Virus record (IMG/VR): IMGVR_UViG_3300032007_000017
Reading direction: 5' to 3' (one strand)
DNA: 64,000 nucleotides
Source of the DNA: a virus
Lineage: Duplodnaviria > Caudoviricetes
The notes below the pieces were generated by a model, which ran no database searches, had not been told where the DNA came from, and worked only from the letters and a program-made list of their open reading frames with translations. This document shows, one piece after another, positions 19,796 to 29,476 of this stretch (its first letter is position 1; the number at the start of each line of letters is the position of its first letter). The position numbers and the translations under genes were made by a program.

Positions 19796-19831
19796 CTTCT
19801 GATTAGATTACTAGAAGGTTTGTCATATAAT

Positions 19832-19860
19832 AAAAGAGAACCCCGAAGGGTTCTCTTTTT
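19832..19860 (-). terminator. Terminator closing the glycine-rich cassette
   Basis: AAAAGAGAACCC-CGAA-GGGTTCTCTTTT. Confidence 0.8.
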
Positions 19861-19876
19861 GAGATGTGTTGAAATA

Positions 19877-20974
19877 TTAATCTTGTATTTCCCAATAATA
19901 GTATTGGATTATGCATACGCCATCTCCACCATTTGATGTAATTTGATTATTACCATCAGTAAAATCACCACCATTAGCAAATAATCCATATCCACCACCA
20001 CCTCTTCCATTTGCTGGAGTATAGTATCCTCCGCCACCTCCACCATTATCTCCTCCTTTAGCAGATTTTCCATATCCGCCACCGCCTCCACTTGCACCAC
20101 TACCATAAAGAGTATATACCATATAAGAAGAAGCAGCTGCTGTTGAATTTCCACCATTACTTCCATAACCTCCACCTCCTCCAAATGCTATATTATAAAA
20201 TGATGTATTATATCCACCACTCCATCTATCTCCATTAAGTCCTACTCCTCCATATGCAATTCCTTGTTCTGATTCTTCTACATCATTAAAACCGATAGTA
20301 TTTGTTCCTTCATATCCATTTAAATGAGATGAATCTCCTCCATTACCACCATATATTCCTCCAATTCCACTCCCTCCAGTAGCTTTTATTCTTTTCCACC
20401 ATTTACTTTCCCAACAATCTAAATATATTCCTCCGCCACCTCCTCCCCATGGGCCACCATTTCCGCCTCGCCCATTGATATCTATTGTTTTACCGTCAGT
20501 TCCGCAAGTTCCAGAACACGTGAGTCCTCCCCCTCCAAATTGATAACCAATTCCTGCAGTTCCATAATTATTACTATCTGGGCTTCTTGTTAAATAACCA
20601 CCACCGCCACTTCCACCATTTCCGCCACTTCCACCAACTCTAATATCCCATGCTCCTCCTCTACCATTAGCACTTAAATAATCGCCAAATGCTGTTGTAC
20701 CTCCAGCTGTATATGTTCCCCCTCCAGTTCCAATTGTTATATTTATTGTCTCATTTTTATTAATAATTATAGAATCATTATTCATCCATCCTCCTCCACC
20801 TCCTGCCCAGAGACTACCACCTCCTCCGCCACCAAAAATTCTAACATGAAATTCATTATTTATTGCTTTAGGAGTAATGTATTCTTGGCTTTTTGTAATA
20901 ATATCAGTGCGAAGTACTTTAATTGCATTTAATCCACCAGAACCACCACGTCTGCTAATAATTCCTTCACTCAT
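19877..20974 (-). CDS. Glycine-rich adhesin-like protein B
   Basis: MSEGIISRRGG...VRIFGGGGGG...GGTTAFGDYLSANG...GDGVCIIQYY; polyglycine repeats with variable loops. Confidence 0.75.
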   Translation of the reverse strand: MSEGIISRRGGSGGLNAIKVLRTDIITKSQEYITPKAINNEFHVRIFGGGGGGSLWAGGGGGWMNNDSIIINKNETINITIGTGGGTYTAGGTTAFGDYLSANGRGGAWDIRVGGSGGNGGSGGGGYLTRSPDSNNYGTAGIGYQFGGGGLTCSGTCGTDGKTIDINGRGGNGGPWGGGGGGIYLDCWESKWWKRIKATGGSGIGGIYGGNGGDSSHLNGYEGTNTIGFNDVEESEQGIAYGGVGLNGDRWSGGYNTSFYNIAFGGGGGYGSNGGNSTAAASSYMVYTLYGSGASGGGGGYGKSAKGGDNGGGGGGYYTPANGRGGGGYGLFANGGDFTDGNNQITSNGGDGVCIIQYYYWEIQD

Positions 20975-20977
20975 AAA

Positions 20978-21007
20978 AGAGTACTCTCCTTTCTAGGAGA
21001 GTACTCT
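20978..21007 (-). promoter_or_regulatory. 13-bp hairpin sequestering the SD of gene B
   Basis: mRNA AGAGUACUCUCCU-AGAA-AGGAGAGUACUCU-UUU-AUG. Confidence 0.85.
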
Positions 21008-21044
21008 ATAACAGCACCCTCCTCGAAGATATAGTAGTTATTAA

Positions 21045-21122
21045 CTACCCTTCCGGGGGGGGGGCAAACTGAATCAAACTAGTTCTATTGTGGATGTGAA
21101 CCAGCATATGAAGATGAATCAT
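21045..21122 (-). CDS. Leader peptide containing a C10 tract (MIHLHMLVHIHNRTSLIQFAPPPEG)
   Basis: SD-like AAAGGGG; one extra C extends it to 50 aa ending in an ATGA overlap with gene B. Confidence 0.65.
   Translation of the reverse strand: MIHLHMLVHIHNRTSLIQFAPPPEG
21055..21064. repeat. G10/C10 homopolymer (candidate phase-variation tract)
   Basis: Ten consecutive G in AT-rich DNA. Confidence 0.9.
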
Positions 21123-21146
21123 AGTTATAAGCCCCTTTATTAAGGT

Positions 21147-22223
21147 TTAAGCATAATACTGAACTATGCAAACACCAGAACCGCCTGTTCCGCCGCCTCC
21201 TGAATTACTAGAATTTCCTTCTCCACTACCCCCTCCTCCGCCAAGTATTCCATTATACCCCCATCCATTTTGAACAGCATCTCCTCCATTACCATATCCT
21301 CCTCCTCCCCCTCCACCTAATGTATTGCCATTTCCACCTTTACTAAAATAGCCTCCACCACCAGCACCACCTCCCTGAATTCCCCATTTTCCCCATCCTC
21401 CATTTGCATTTTTTCCATATCCTCCCCCACCTCCACCATAATTACCACCACTACCTCCGTATCCACCACCTCCACCACCATAAAAAACATAACCATATCC
21501 AGTATATGAATTAATTCCTTTTCCTCCATTACCGCCAAACCCTCCTCCACCACCATATTCCCCTCCAATTGCAGGACCTTTAAAATTATCTGATATATTG
21601 GTCCATAACATTGTATTTGTTCCATTGCTTCCATTTACTCCATCTGATCCTCCTCTTCCGCCATAAATACCATTGCTTCCCCATGGAGATCCACCTCCTC
21701 CATAGGTTCCTCCACTGCCGCCTTGACGAGTTCCTCCTCCACCACCACCCCACATACCTCCATTACCCCCATTATAAGCACCACCTCCAGCACCTCCACC
21801 AAATTGATATCCTATACCACCATTTCCTTGACCTCCACCTCCACCTGAACCGCCACTACCTCCATTTGCTGTAACGGAAGAGCCTGTTCCGCCATTAGCA
21901 CTTAAATAAGTACCGAAAGATGTAGTTCCACCAGTTCTTGAAGGTATTTGAGCATTGCCTCTGGCTCCGCTTCCTCCTTCTCCAATAATAACAGAAATTT
22001 CCGTTCCATTATCGATATCAAAATCTCCATTATTCATCCATCCTCCTCCTCCACCTCCTCCACGTTGAGCACCGCCTCCACCACCTCCAAATATTCTTAC
22101 ACTTACATTTCCTTTATGGTTAGGTATAGTAAATGCACCAGTCCCTAAAAATAATGTAACTAAATTTCCTCCACCACCTCCAGATCCTGAACCACCTCTC
22201 CTACTAATTACCGCCTCACTCAT
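21147..22223 (-). CDS. Glycine-rich adhesin-like protein A (start MSEAVISRRGG)
   Basis: Paralogue of gene B with the same N-terminus and C-terminal GSGVCIVQYY. Confidence 0.75.
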   Translation of the reverse strand: MSEAVISRRGGSGSGGGGGNLVTLFLGTGAFTIPNHKGNVSVRIFGGGGGGAQRGGGGGGGWMNNGDFDIDNGTEISVIIGEGGSGARGNAQIPSRTGGTTSFGTYLSANGGTGSSVTANGGSGGSGGGGGQGNGGIGYQFGGGAGGGAYNGGNGGMWGGGGGGTRQGGSGGTYGGGGSPWGSNGIYGGRGGSDGVNGSNGTNTMLWTNISDNFKGPAIGGEYGGGGGFGGNGGKGINSYTGYGYVFYGGGGGGYGGSGGNYGGGGGGYGKNANGGWGKWGIQGGGAGGGGYFSKGGNGNTLGGGGGGGYGNGGDAVQNGWGYNGILGGGGGSGEGNSSNSGGGGTGGSGVCIVQYYA

Positions 22224-22361
22224 ATATTTCAACACTCCTTTTATCGAGGAGGGTGTTGACAATTTTATAAAGAGAAGGATCAATATCCTTCTCTCAGAAA
22301 TGAAATAGTGATAGCCCTCGCTATCACTTCTTAATGTTTTTAACAAGGCCCATCACCTCGC

Positions 22362-22393
22362 AAAAAAAATAATGGTATGCACACGCATACCAT
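22362..22393 (-). terminator. Attenuator-like terminator inside the cassette leader
   Basis: AUGGUAUGC-GUGU-GCAUACCAU-UA-U8. Confidence 0.75.
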
Positions 22394-22473
22394 CGATTAA
22401 ATGAATCATTACCACGTCATCCAAAAATGCTATGATACCCCGATTCCCTCCCCCCATTTATTACTACACTCAC

Positions 22474-22485
22474 GGGGGGGGGGGG
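22474..22485. repeat. G12/C12 homopolymer (candidate phase-variation tract)
   Basis: Twelve consecutive G. Confidence 0.9.
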
Positions 22486-22518
22486 ATCAATGCACCATAT
22501 CAGACGTGCTGATCCATT

Positions 22519-22530
22519 TACTATTCAGTT
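22519..22530 (-). promoter_or_regulatory. Late promoter of the glycine-rich cassette
   Basis: AACT-GAATAG-TA. Confidence 0.55.
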
Positions 22531-22638
22531 ATATAAATTAAATTTTTATTATAAAGAGGGAAAAAAAGAAGGAGCCGAAGCTCCTTCTCCTTTATATTAA
22601 TGTACTCGGCTAGCCAGAAGCACACTAATACCATATAT

Positions 22639-23187
22639 TTATTTCTTAGTTACAGGATTAGGATTTTCGTCATACACACTTCCCAAAGTGGGATTTGTGC
22701 AATAGAGATAGTTATGGTAATTAGCTTTATCGAATTCACAAGAAAATGATGCATATTTACCAACATATGGTTTAACTTCTTCGAGCTTTTTCTTACTTGA
22801 AAACCGCAGTTCAATATGGCTGGATGTAGTGGTATCATCTGGTGTGATAATCACTACATAATAATTCCCACTTTTTTCAGTTGGGATATTATTTATATAT
22901 CCAGTCACTAAGCTTTTGTATTTCTTGTATTTCTTTAGATACTTTTTATCCATAGCAGCTAATCTGCTATATTCATCCCAATCTATGGCGGTTCCCTCGG
23001 TAAATTCTACTTCAGCCTCTACTACCTTTTCTGGAAATGTAATATTAATTTTGCTGAAGTCTGGCTTCACAACACAGCAAATGATGGTGATGCAAACCAA
23101 TAGTATTGAAATAAGGCTGATGAATTTATCAAACTTAGTGAATTGTATGTCTACTGTTTTCTTGTCTTCGCTAAAATCGATTTTCAT
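22639..23187 (-). CDS. Membrane-anchored hypothetical protein (possible OB-fold)
   Basis: One TM helix then a beta-rich domain. Confidence 0.6.
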   Translation of the reverse strand: MKIDFSEDKKTVDIQFTKFDKFISLISILLVCITIICCVVKPDFSKINITFPEKVVEAEVEFTEGTAIDWDEYSRLAAMDKKYLKKYKKYKSLVTGYINNIPTEKSGNYYVVIITPDDTTTSSHIELRFSSKKKLEEVKPYVGKYASFSCEFDKANYHNYLYCTNPTLGSVYDENPNPVTKK

Positions 23188-23202
23188 ATTTTACGCCTCC
23201 GT

Positions 23203-23721
23203 TTAATCTTCATAAGGATACCCAAATTGTACCCAAATCACTTCATCTTTTTCAACTACCTCATCAAGCAGTCGAATTAGATCTTCTTCGGTAATTTCGG
23301 TAATAGGAATATGTTTCTCTTTGCTATGTTTTTTACCAAGTCTTTGATCATTATAGTTCTCAAAATACGATGATCTGGTTTCATCTAGGTTTAACAAAAT
23401 TCGATTAGTGCGATAAGATCCATCGCCGACATGTTTGAGATACTTATGGTATCTTTCATTGTCAATAATGCGCTTTGCGATAAATTGCGCACACTGCTCA
23501 TACTTTTTGCTATAATCACTCTCAAGAGATGCGGGTTTAAGCTCGAATTTGTCAAGGTATTCCTTCATTCTTTTAACAATTGTTGCTGGATCTGTTTCAA
23601 AGACACTTCTTTTTTCGTAGTCATGGAAATCATCCATAGATTTTTCGCCGAGGATATGCTCATTCTCGGTAAACTCTCTCCAGTTATAGCCCTTCGGCCA
23701 GTCTTTCGGTTGTGGACGCAT
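23203..23721 (-). CDS. Hypothetical protein (early)
   Basis: SD AAAGGAGG; early motif. Confidence 0.7.
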   Translation of the reverse strand: MRPQPKDWPKGYNWREFTENEHILGEKSMDDFHDYEKRSVFETDPATIVKRMKEYLDKFELKPASLESDYSKKYEQCAQFIAKRIIDNERYHKYLKHVGDGSYRTNRILLNLDETRSSYFENYNDQRLGKKHSKEKHIPITEITEEDLIRLLDEVVEKDEVIWVQFGYPYED

Positions 23722-23881
23722 AATTATTCCTCCTTTATTATACTTCATTCTAATAATATGTAATCGATAAAGACAATTATTACAAATATCAAAATCTAAT
23801 TATTACTAAACAAGCAATTATGAATAAATGACACTTGAGACACATATTATTATCGTGATTAAGGTTAAGGAGGCACACAAA

Positions 23882-25387
23882 ATGAGCGAATTAAAAGTCA
23901 ATCTTCATTATCCTGCGTCTGATAAATATACTTATGAGACGTATCTAGACAGATTAAATCTGGATGAAGAGCGACGTAAAGATCTGGCATCCGGAAATGG
24001 GTTTGTGATTACATCAGCTAGACCTATTAAAGATGATGTAAAAGATCCTAATGGTATTTTCTCCAATAGATGGGGAAGAGGATTAGGAGATTTGGATCCA
24101 TTTTCTGATCGTTATTCTTGTCGCTGTGGATTATTGAAATCCAGATTTAATAAAGGACAGATTTGTCCTGTGTGCAAAACCAAAGTCGATTTCGTCGATG
24201 ATAATTTTGGTTATTTTGGGTGGATTGTGCTTGAAGAAAATTGGGTAATCCATCCTACATTATGCATGTCTCTGCAATCTTTTATTGGAACAGAAGAATT
24301 CCGTAATATTCTCGTCTATCAAAGTAATAAAGATGAGGATGGCAACGATATCGAAGGTAAAGTTAATAAGAAAGAACCTTTCTTTGGTATCGGAATGATT
24401 GAATTCCATAATAGATTCGATGAGATTATGGAATACTATAAAAACAAATTCAAAACACAAGCAAAGCAAGATAAGTATAAGGATATTATGGGTGTAAAAG
24501 ATGTCATCTTTACCCAGAGTATTCCTGTATTTACTACTCTGCTTAGACCTTATACTGTTTCAGGATCTGAACTGCATTATGAGTCTACCAATGCTATTTA
24601 CAAGATAATGGCCTCTCTTGCAGTTAGAATCAATAGCAATGGACTTAAAATGAATAGAAATAAAAAGTCCAAGAATGAATTGCTTTATGATCTTCAAATG
24701 AAGATTAAAGAGCTATTCGATGAGATTCAAAAGATTCTGGCAGGAAAGAAAGGTGCTGTTCGTGGTTTGATGGGAGGCAGATTCAACTTCTCTGCTAGAT
24801 CTGTCATTGGCCCGAACCATAAACTTCATAATGATGAGATCATGGTTTCTTATCAGATGCTATGCTCTCTCTTACAGCAACAGATTATCAATATTCTTCA
24901 CAAGGCATATAATATGCATTATAACGAAGCATATATATTCCTTGATTCTAATAGAAGATATGAGAATCCAATTATTAAAGAGATTATAAATTCTCTTATT
25001 AGATCTCATCCGCGTGGACTTCCCATGCTGATCAATCGAAATCCGACAATCAATTATGGTGGTATTCTTCAGATGTATTGCATTGGAATGTGTAGTCCTT
25101 ATCTGATGCAATTACCGAATAATATCTTACCATATCTAGCTGCAGATTACGACGGAGACACGCTTACGGCCCTATACATTATCAATCGTGATTTCGAACA
25201 TGCAATGAGTATCTTTAATCCTGCACAGAGTCTTGTAATTAGTAGAAATGATGGACAGCTTGATAATGCATGCTTGCCTGCTCGTGACCAAGTCATCTCT
25301 GCTAATACAATGATTCAGCTCTCTAGAGAATTCTATACAAAAGAATATCTTGCAGAGATTGAAGCTCTTAAAGCAGAAGCAGTATAA
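23882..25387 (+). CDS. Multisubunit RNA polymerase beta' N-terminal/catalytic subunit (probably non-virion RNAP)
   Basis: GIFS, CRCG...CPVC Zn site, GKKGAVRG...RFNFSARSVI, NRNPT, AADYDGD catalytic motif; early promoter. Confidence 0.92.
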   Translation: MSELKVNLHYPASDKYTYETYLDRLNLDEERRKDLASGNGFVITSARPIKDDVKDPNGIFSNRWGRGLGDLDPFSDRYSCRCGLLKSRFNKGQICPVCKTKVDFVDDNFGYFGWIVLEENWVIHPTLCMSLQSFIGTEEFRNILVYQSNKDEDGNDIEGKVNKKEPFFGIGMIEFHNRFDEIMEYYKNKFKTQAKQDKYKDIMGVKDVIFTQSIPVFTTLLRPYTVSGSELHYESTNAIYKIMASLAVRINSNGLKMNRNKKSKNELLYDLQMKIKELFDEIQKILAGKKGAVRGLMGGRFNFSARSVIGPNHKLHNDEIMVSYQMLCSLLQQQIINILHKAYNMHYNEAYIFLDSNRRYENPIIKEIINSLIRSHPRGLPMLINRNPTINYGGILQMYCIGMCSPYLMQLPNNILPYLAADYDGDTLTALYIINRDFEHAMSIFNPAQSLVISRNDGQLDNACLPARDQVISANTMIQLSREFYTKEYLAEIEALKAEAV

Positions 25388-25483
25388 TGAAGAAAGGAGC
25401 TTCGGCTCCTTTCTTTTTTTTTCGTAGAATAATAGGTAGGTCAACATTCAACTAATATGACCATTTATACGGAGGTGAAATAA

Positions 25484-28387
25484 TTGGCTTATAAGATTGA
25501 GCAAGTATATACAGAAAATCCATATGTAGATGTACTTGTTTACAATACTAAGCTCCTCGGTATTGATACTGTATTGAAAATGAAAGATGTAGCAGATGCC
25601 AATGAGACTGAAGAGTCTCTTTATAATGCTGACAGATTAATTGCTAGCATTGAAGGTACTACTACATGGGGATTATTTGATTCATTCCCCGAAGAAGTTC
25701 TTCGTAAATCTGGTCTCACAGGATCAGTATTAGCTGCATCTTTACTTAGTAAAGAATCCATTCCTGCCTCTTATAGAGACACTGTTGTCTCTAATATGAG
25801 AATATGGTATGCAGATAATTATGAAGAGCTTAATAACTACTATCGTATGCTCAATGGATTGCCTCCTATGGAGTACAATCAAACCGTTTTTAGTAAGGCT
25901 AACTGGGTTTATCCTACAAATATGCCTACTGCTAATGATGGTAGAGTAAATGGAGCATACTGCTATGCCTTATTGGTAGATACCTACAATTGGTATATCT
26001 ACAATGAGACAGAGGATGCGTGGACTATTACTAGCACTCCTCCTCATGTATGTATAGATAATGGATGGACTCCTCCATCTGATATCACTACTTTAGATCT
26101 CAGTATTCCGGTCCATAAGATGTCAGATGAAGCCATTCTTATTCTCGAAGGAGAAGGGGAACTAGAAGAACTCTATAATGCAGATAAGGAGAATCGTGGT
26201 TATATTAAATATCTGCGTAAGAAAATTAATCCTTATACTGCTAGAAGGGCTCCTGCTTTCTATCCTATCTATATCCCAGATATAGATTCAAGAGAGCTTT
26301 CTGATGAATATAAAGAGAGACTTGAAGTAAATCGGAAGTATGCATTACAAGCTGTATATTCTCAGGCTTATAAATTCAACTCTGATTACTTTGATAATTT
26401 TGTTGCTGTCTTTATTATCATCAATACTATAATCGATATCATCTCTAGGGTGCAAGAGTTTATTGCTAGAAAAGAGATATTCGATATCAGATCTTGTAGA
26501 TATATCTTTGAGTCGAATGGAGTTCCCTATTGGGGTGAAATTCCTCTTAAATATCAGATCCGAATGGTAAAGAATCTCCATACATTATTGAAGTATAAGT
26601 CTACTTCTCAATGCATGGTTGATATCTGCTCTTTATTTGGATTTAAAAACATCAGTATCTTCAAGTATTACCTTTTAAGAGAGCGTAAGAAAGATGTGAA
26701 TGGAAACTATCTATTCTATACAAACTCTAAGGGTGAAGAAGATTATGATGCTAACTTCGAACTGAAATTTGTAAAGATTCCTATTGATGCTGAAATGGAT
26801 GAATATATCCGTGATCCTTCGTACTATGTAAACTATGATGAAGTCACTGCTAGTGATGATACATGGGATGGTGGAATGGATCATGATACTGTAAAACGTC
26901 AGCATAAAGCACTAGGATTCAATTACACAAGAACCAAGTATTTCTCAGTTGATGCTGTCTACGATCTTGCTAAGATTGCTATTCAACAGGAATACTTCTT
27001 CAATATGCTATATGATAATGTAGAGATTGAAGATCTTATCAAGGTAACTGTTCCATATATTACAGAAACGCCTATTGAGATATCTCAACTCTTTACATTC
27101 TTAACTACTTTGTCATTCCGTTATTATGGAATCAAAGATACTATCCTTGATACTGCTTCTAAAGTTCTCTATGTAAATGGATTCAACTTTAAAGCAGATA
27201 TGTCTGTGCTTCAAGATCTGTTTGATCACTTTAGTAGATTACAGCTTGAGCATATTACTGAAGAAGAGTATGCTATATCTGCTCTGAATAGAGCAAGGGA
27301 TCTCTTTAAACGATTCAATCTTCCCACTGATCAAATTCCTACATTCAATCAGCTTATGTATATCTTTAAGAATAACCTTGATATTCGTGAGCTGTTGGTT
27401 ATTGGAATGAAAGAAGCAGATAATAAGAGAATTCATGATATCTATAAACTGCTTTATGATTCTCTTATGACTATGCAGCTTACCAATGATCATTTCTGTG
27501 ATCCTGAGACTGGTGAGCTTTGGAGAGATGAACAAGGCGATGCTACTTATACAGAGTGGCTAAGACATGTAAATCCCTCTCTTTATTATAAACTTCGTGA
27601 GATTGATAATATGGAGGAAGCAGAAACAAAGAACCAATATATTGCCAATCTCATTGATAATATCATCTATATTCTTGAAGAGTATATCGATATGGATGAG
27701 TTTGCTGGTTTATTTCACTCACTCCCTGTAGTATCTGGAGAAGCCGTTAAAGAATATATTGCTATGGTGATTGACTTCTATAAATCTTATAAAGTCCATT
27801 TCCTTGGTGTAAATACTCTTTATACATTCGATGATGACTATGAGGGATGGGTTAGAATTATAGATCAGTGTCTCTTCAATCGTATCTTCTGGAAGGATGA
27901 TATTGTTCCTATCTCCGAAACCATCTTTGATCAACTTAACTGGATGCAAAAAGATGACAAATATCACATTAGAGAACAAGTAACCTTTGATATTGAGCAC
28001 TGGATATATTTGTATCATACAGATGCTGTAAATATTAAAGATCTTGGTCCTATTGTCAGTCATCTTAATCCAAAAGATCAATATATCATCTATGATGCAA
28101 GAGGCGAAACCAAGTTCTATTTAGAACCCGATGATATTGTCTCTGCGATAGATCTGATTACAGGAAGTCATGTCAAACTTACTGTATCAGACTATGTTCG
28201 TCCTACAGATTGTATAGATATTACACCCATCTATGCTGGAGCCGATGTAGTTGGAAATACTCTTATTATCTCTACAGCAATCTCTGAAGTCTCTGGAAGT
28301 GATATTAATATCACTCGTAGAGGTGAGTCTGTTACCGAGGTAAGAGGAACAACACTTCATTTCTCGGATGATCCAATACATGGGTAA
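25484..28387 (+). CDS. Large virion structural protein (baseplate-like)
   Basis: 967 aa; late promoter AACA-TTCAAC-TA; specific role is inference. Confidence 0.55.
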   Translation: MAYKIEQVYTENPYVDVLVYNTKLLGIDTVLKMKDVADANETEESLYNADRLIASIEGTTTWGLFDSFPEEVLRKSGLTGSVLAASLLSKESIPASYRDTVVSNMRIWYADNYEELNNYYRMLNGLPPMEYNQTVFSKANWVYPTNMPTANDGRVNGAYCYALLVDTYNWYIYNETEDAWTITSTPPHVCIDNGWTPPSDITTLDLSIPVHKMSDEAILILEGEGELEELYNADKENRGYIKYLRKKINPYTARRAPAFYPIYIPDIDSRELSDEYKERLEVNRKYALQAVYSQAYKFNSDYFDNFVAVFIIINTIIDIISRVQEFIARKEIFDIRSCRYIFESNGVPYWGEIPLKYQIRMVKNLHTLLKYKSTSQCMVDICSLFGFKNISIFKYYLLRERKKDVNGNYLFYTNSKGEEDYDANFELKFVKIPIDAEMDEYIRDPSYYVNYDEVTASDDTWDGGMDHDTVKRQHKALGFNYTRTKYFSVDAVYDLAKIAIQQEYFFNMLYDNVEIEDLIKVTVPYITETPIEISQLFTFLTTLSFRYYGIKDTILDTASKVLYVNGFNFKADMSVLQDLFDHFSRLQLEHITEEEYAISALNRARDLFKRFNLPTDQIPTFNQLMYIFKNNLDIRELLVIGMKEADNKRIHDIYKLLYDSLMTMQLTNDHFCDPETGELWRDEQGDATYTEWLRHVNPSLYYKLREIDNMEEAETKNQYIANLIDNIIYILEEYIDMDEFAGLFHSLPVVSGEAVKEYIAMVIDFYKSYKVHFLGVNTLYTFDDDYEGWVRIIDQCLFNRIFWKDDIVPISETIFDQLNWMQKDDKYHIREQVTFDIEHWIYLYHTDAVNIKDLGPIVSHLNPKDQYIIYDARGETKFYLEPDDIVSAIDLITGSHVKLTVSDYVRPTDCIDITPIYAGADVVGNTLIISTAISEVSGSDINITRRGESVTEVRGTTLHFSDDPIHG

Positions 28388-28434
28388 CCCCGAAACATAT
28401 TAATAAACGTAGTATATAGGAGGTATTATTCCTT

Positions 28435-29271
28435 ATGATTACTAAAAGAATTCATTTGAATGAATTTAATACTGCTCATGACAAAGAGCAGCATAAAGTA
28501 TTTCACTCTAATCCTCATACTGAGATCATTCTTCGCAATCCAGATACTGGAGAGATTCTCTTCAAAGGTTCCAACAGAGTTGTTGGAGCTGGTGGAGATA
28601 TGGTAGCTCGTAAGATCTTCGATGTCGAGGATGCTACTCAGGTTATTCCTACCTATAATACCGAACTTGGTATTCCTGATCCTGGTGAGGAAGATCCTGG
28701 TGCTACATATGATACCCGTGCTACTGCTCTCAGTCCCAAAGTTCTCGCTTTTATGTGTGGAACTGATGGTTGCGGTACTGAAGGATCTCAGATCTATGCA
28801 GTTGATTACAATAGTCGTATTGCTCCTGAGGCTGTTATTCCCTTTAGATATCCTCTTGCTAGCAATGATCTCTCTGATGAAGAGCGTGAGCTCTATCTTG
28901 GACGTAAGGAAGATGGAGATTACATCGCTTATTACTTTAAGCGCTTCTCCTCTGAACCTGAACTCTTTGAACAGTATCTTGATGGTACCGCTATCGAGTC
29001 AGATGTCTATCAGACTGAACAGGAGTATGAAGTCTTTGTTGAGACAAAGCTCATGATCACTAAAGAAGATCTGAGAGAGTACTTCATTGCTACTGTCGGC
29101 ATTGAGGAAGCCAGGGTAAATACAGTCTCTCTTCTGTATGGTTACTTCCGTCAGGTAGATGGTAAACTTTTCCTACTCGACTGCCGGCCTATGACTAAGC
29201 TTAATTTTAGCAATGAGTATATGATTGACGTTACCAAGAGTATCGAGATCATCTATCATACCTATTTCTAA
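28435..29271 (+). CDS. Virion structural protein (tail/baseplate-like)
   Basis: Late promoter AACA-TATTAA-TA. Confidence 0.55.
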   Translation: MITKRIHLNEFNTAHDKEQHKVFHSNPHTEIILRNPDTGEILFKGSNRVVGAGGDMVARKIFDVEDATQVIPTYNTELGIPDPGEEDPGATYDTRATALSPKVLAFMCGTDGCGTEGSQIYAVDYNSRIAPEAVIPFRYPLASNDLSDEERELYLGRKEDGDYIAYYFKRFSSEPELFEQYLDGTAIESDVYQTEQEYEVFVETKLMITKEDLREYFIATVGIEEARVNTVSLLYGYFRQVDGKLFLLDCRPMTKLNFSNEYMIDVTKSIEIIYHTYF

Positions 29272-29310
29272 AAAGAATAAACCCTGCCCTATAATGGGCA
29301 GGGTTCTCTT

Positions 29311-29463
29311 TTATTTTGCATTTCCAATCCACTTACGAGGCTTATTATCTCGAGTAGATGATTTAACTCCTTTTACATGGGTTGTAGGAGTCTTGCCAGT
29401 ATTAGACTTGATAGTCTGTACATTAGGAGGAGAATTAGGAACACGTTTAATTATTTCAGCCAT
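29311..29463 (-). CDS. Small basic protein (50 aa, MAEIIKRVPN...)
   Basis: SD AAGGAGG; below the ORF-track cutoff. Confidence 0.6.
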   Translation of the reverse strand: MAEIIKRVPNSPPNVQTIKSNTGKTPTTHVKGVKSSTRDNKPRKWIGNAK

Positions 29464-29476
29464 TGTAATATCCTCC

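Noticed and set aside
19877-22223. Glycine-rich genes as DGR targets
   Set aside because: No nucleotide similarity to the TR, which encodes a C-type-lectin-type terminus
22224-22346. TTG start at 22346 for gene A
   Set aside because: The paralogue begins at the MSE motif, and an SD precedes ATG 22223
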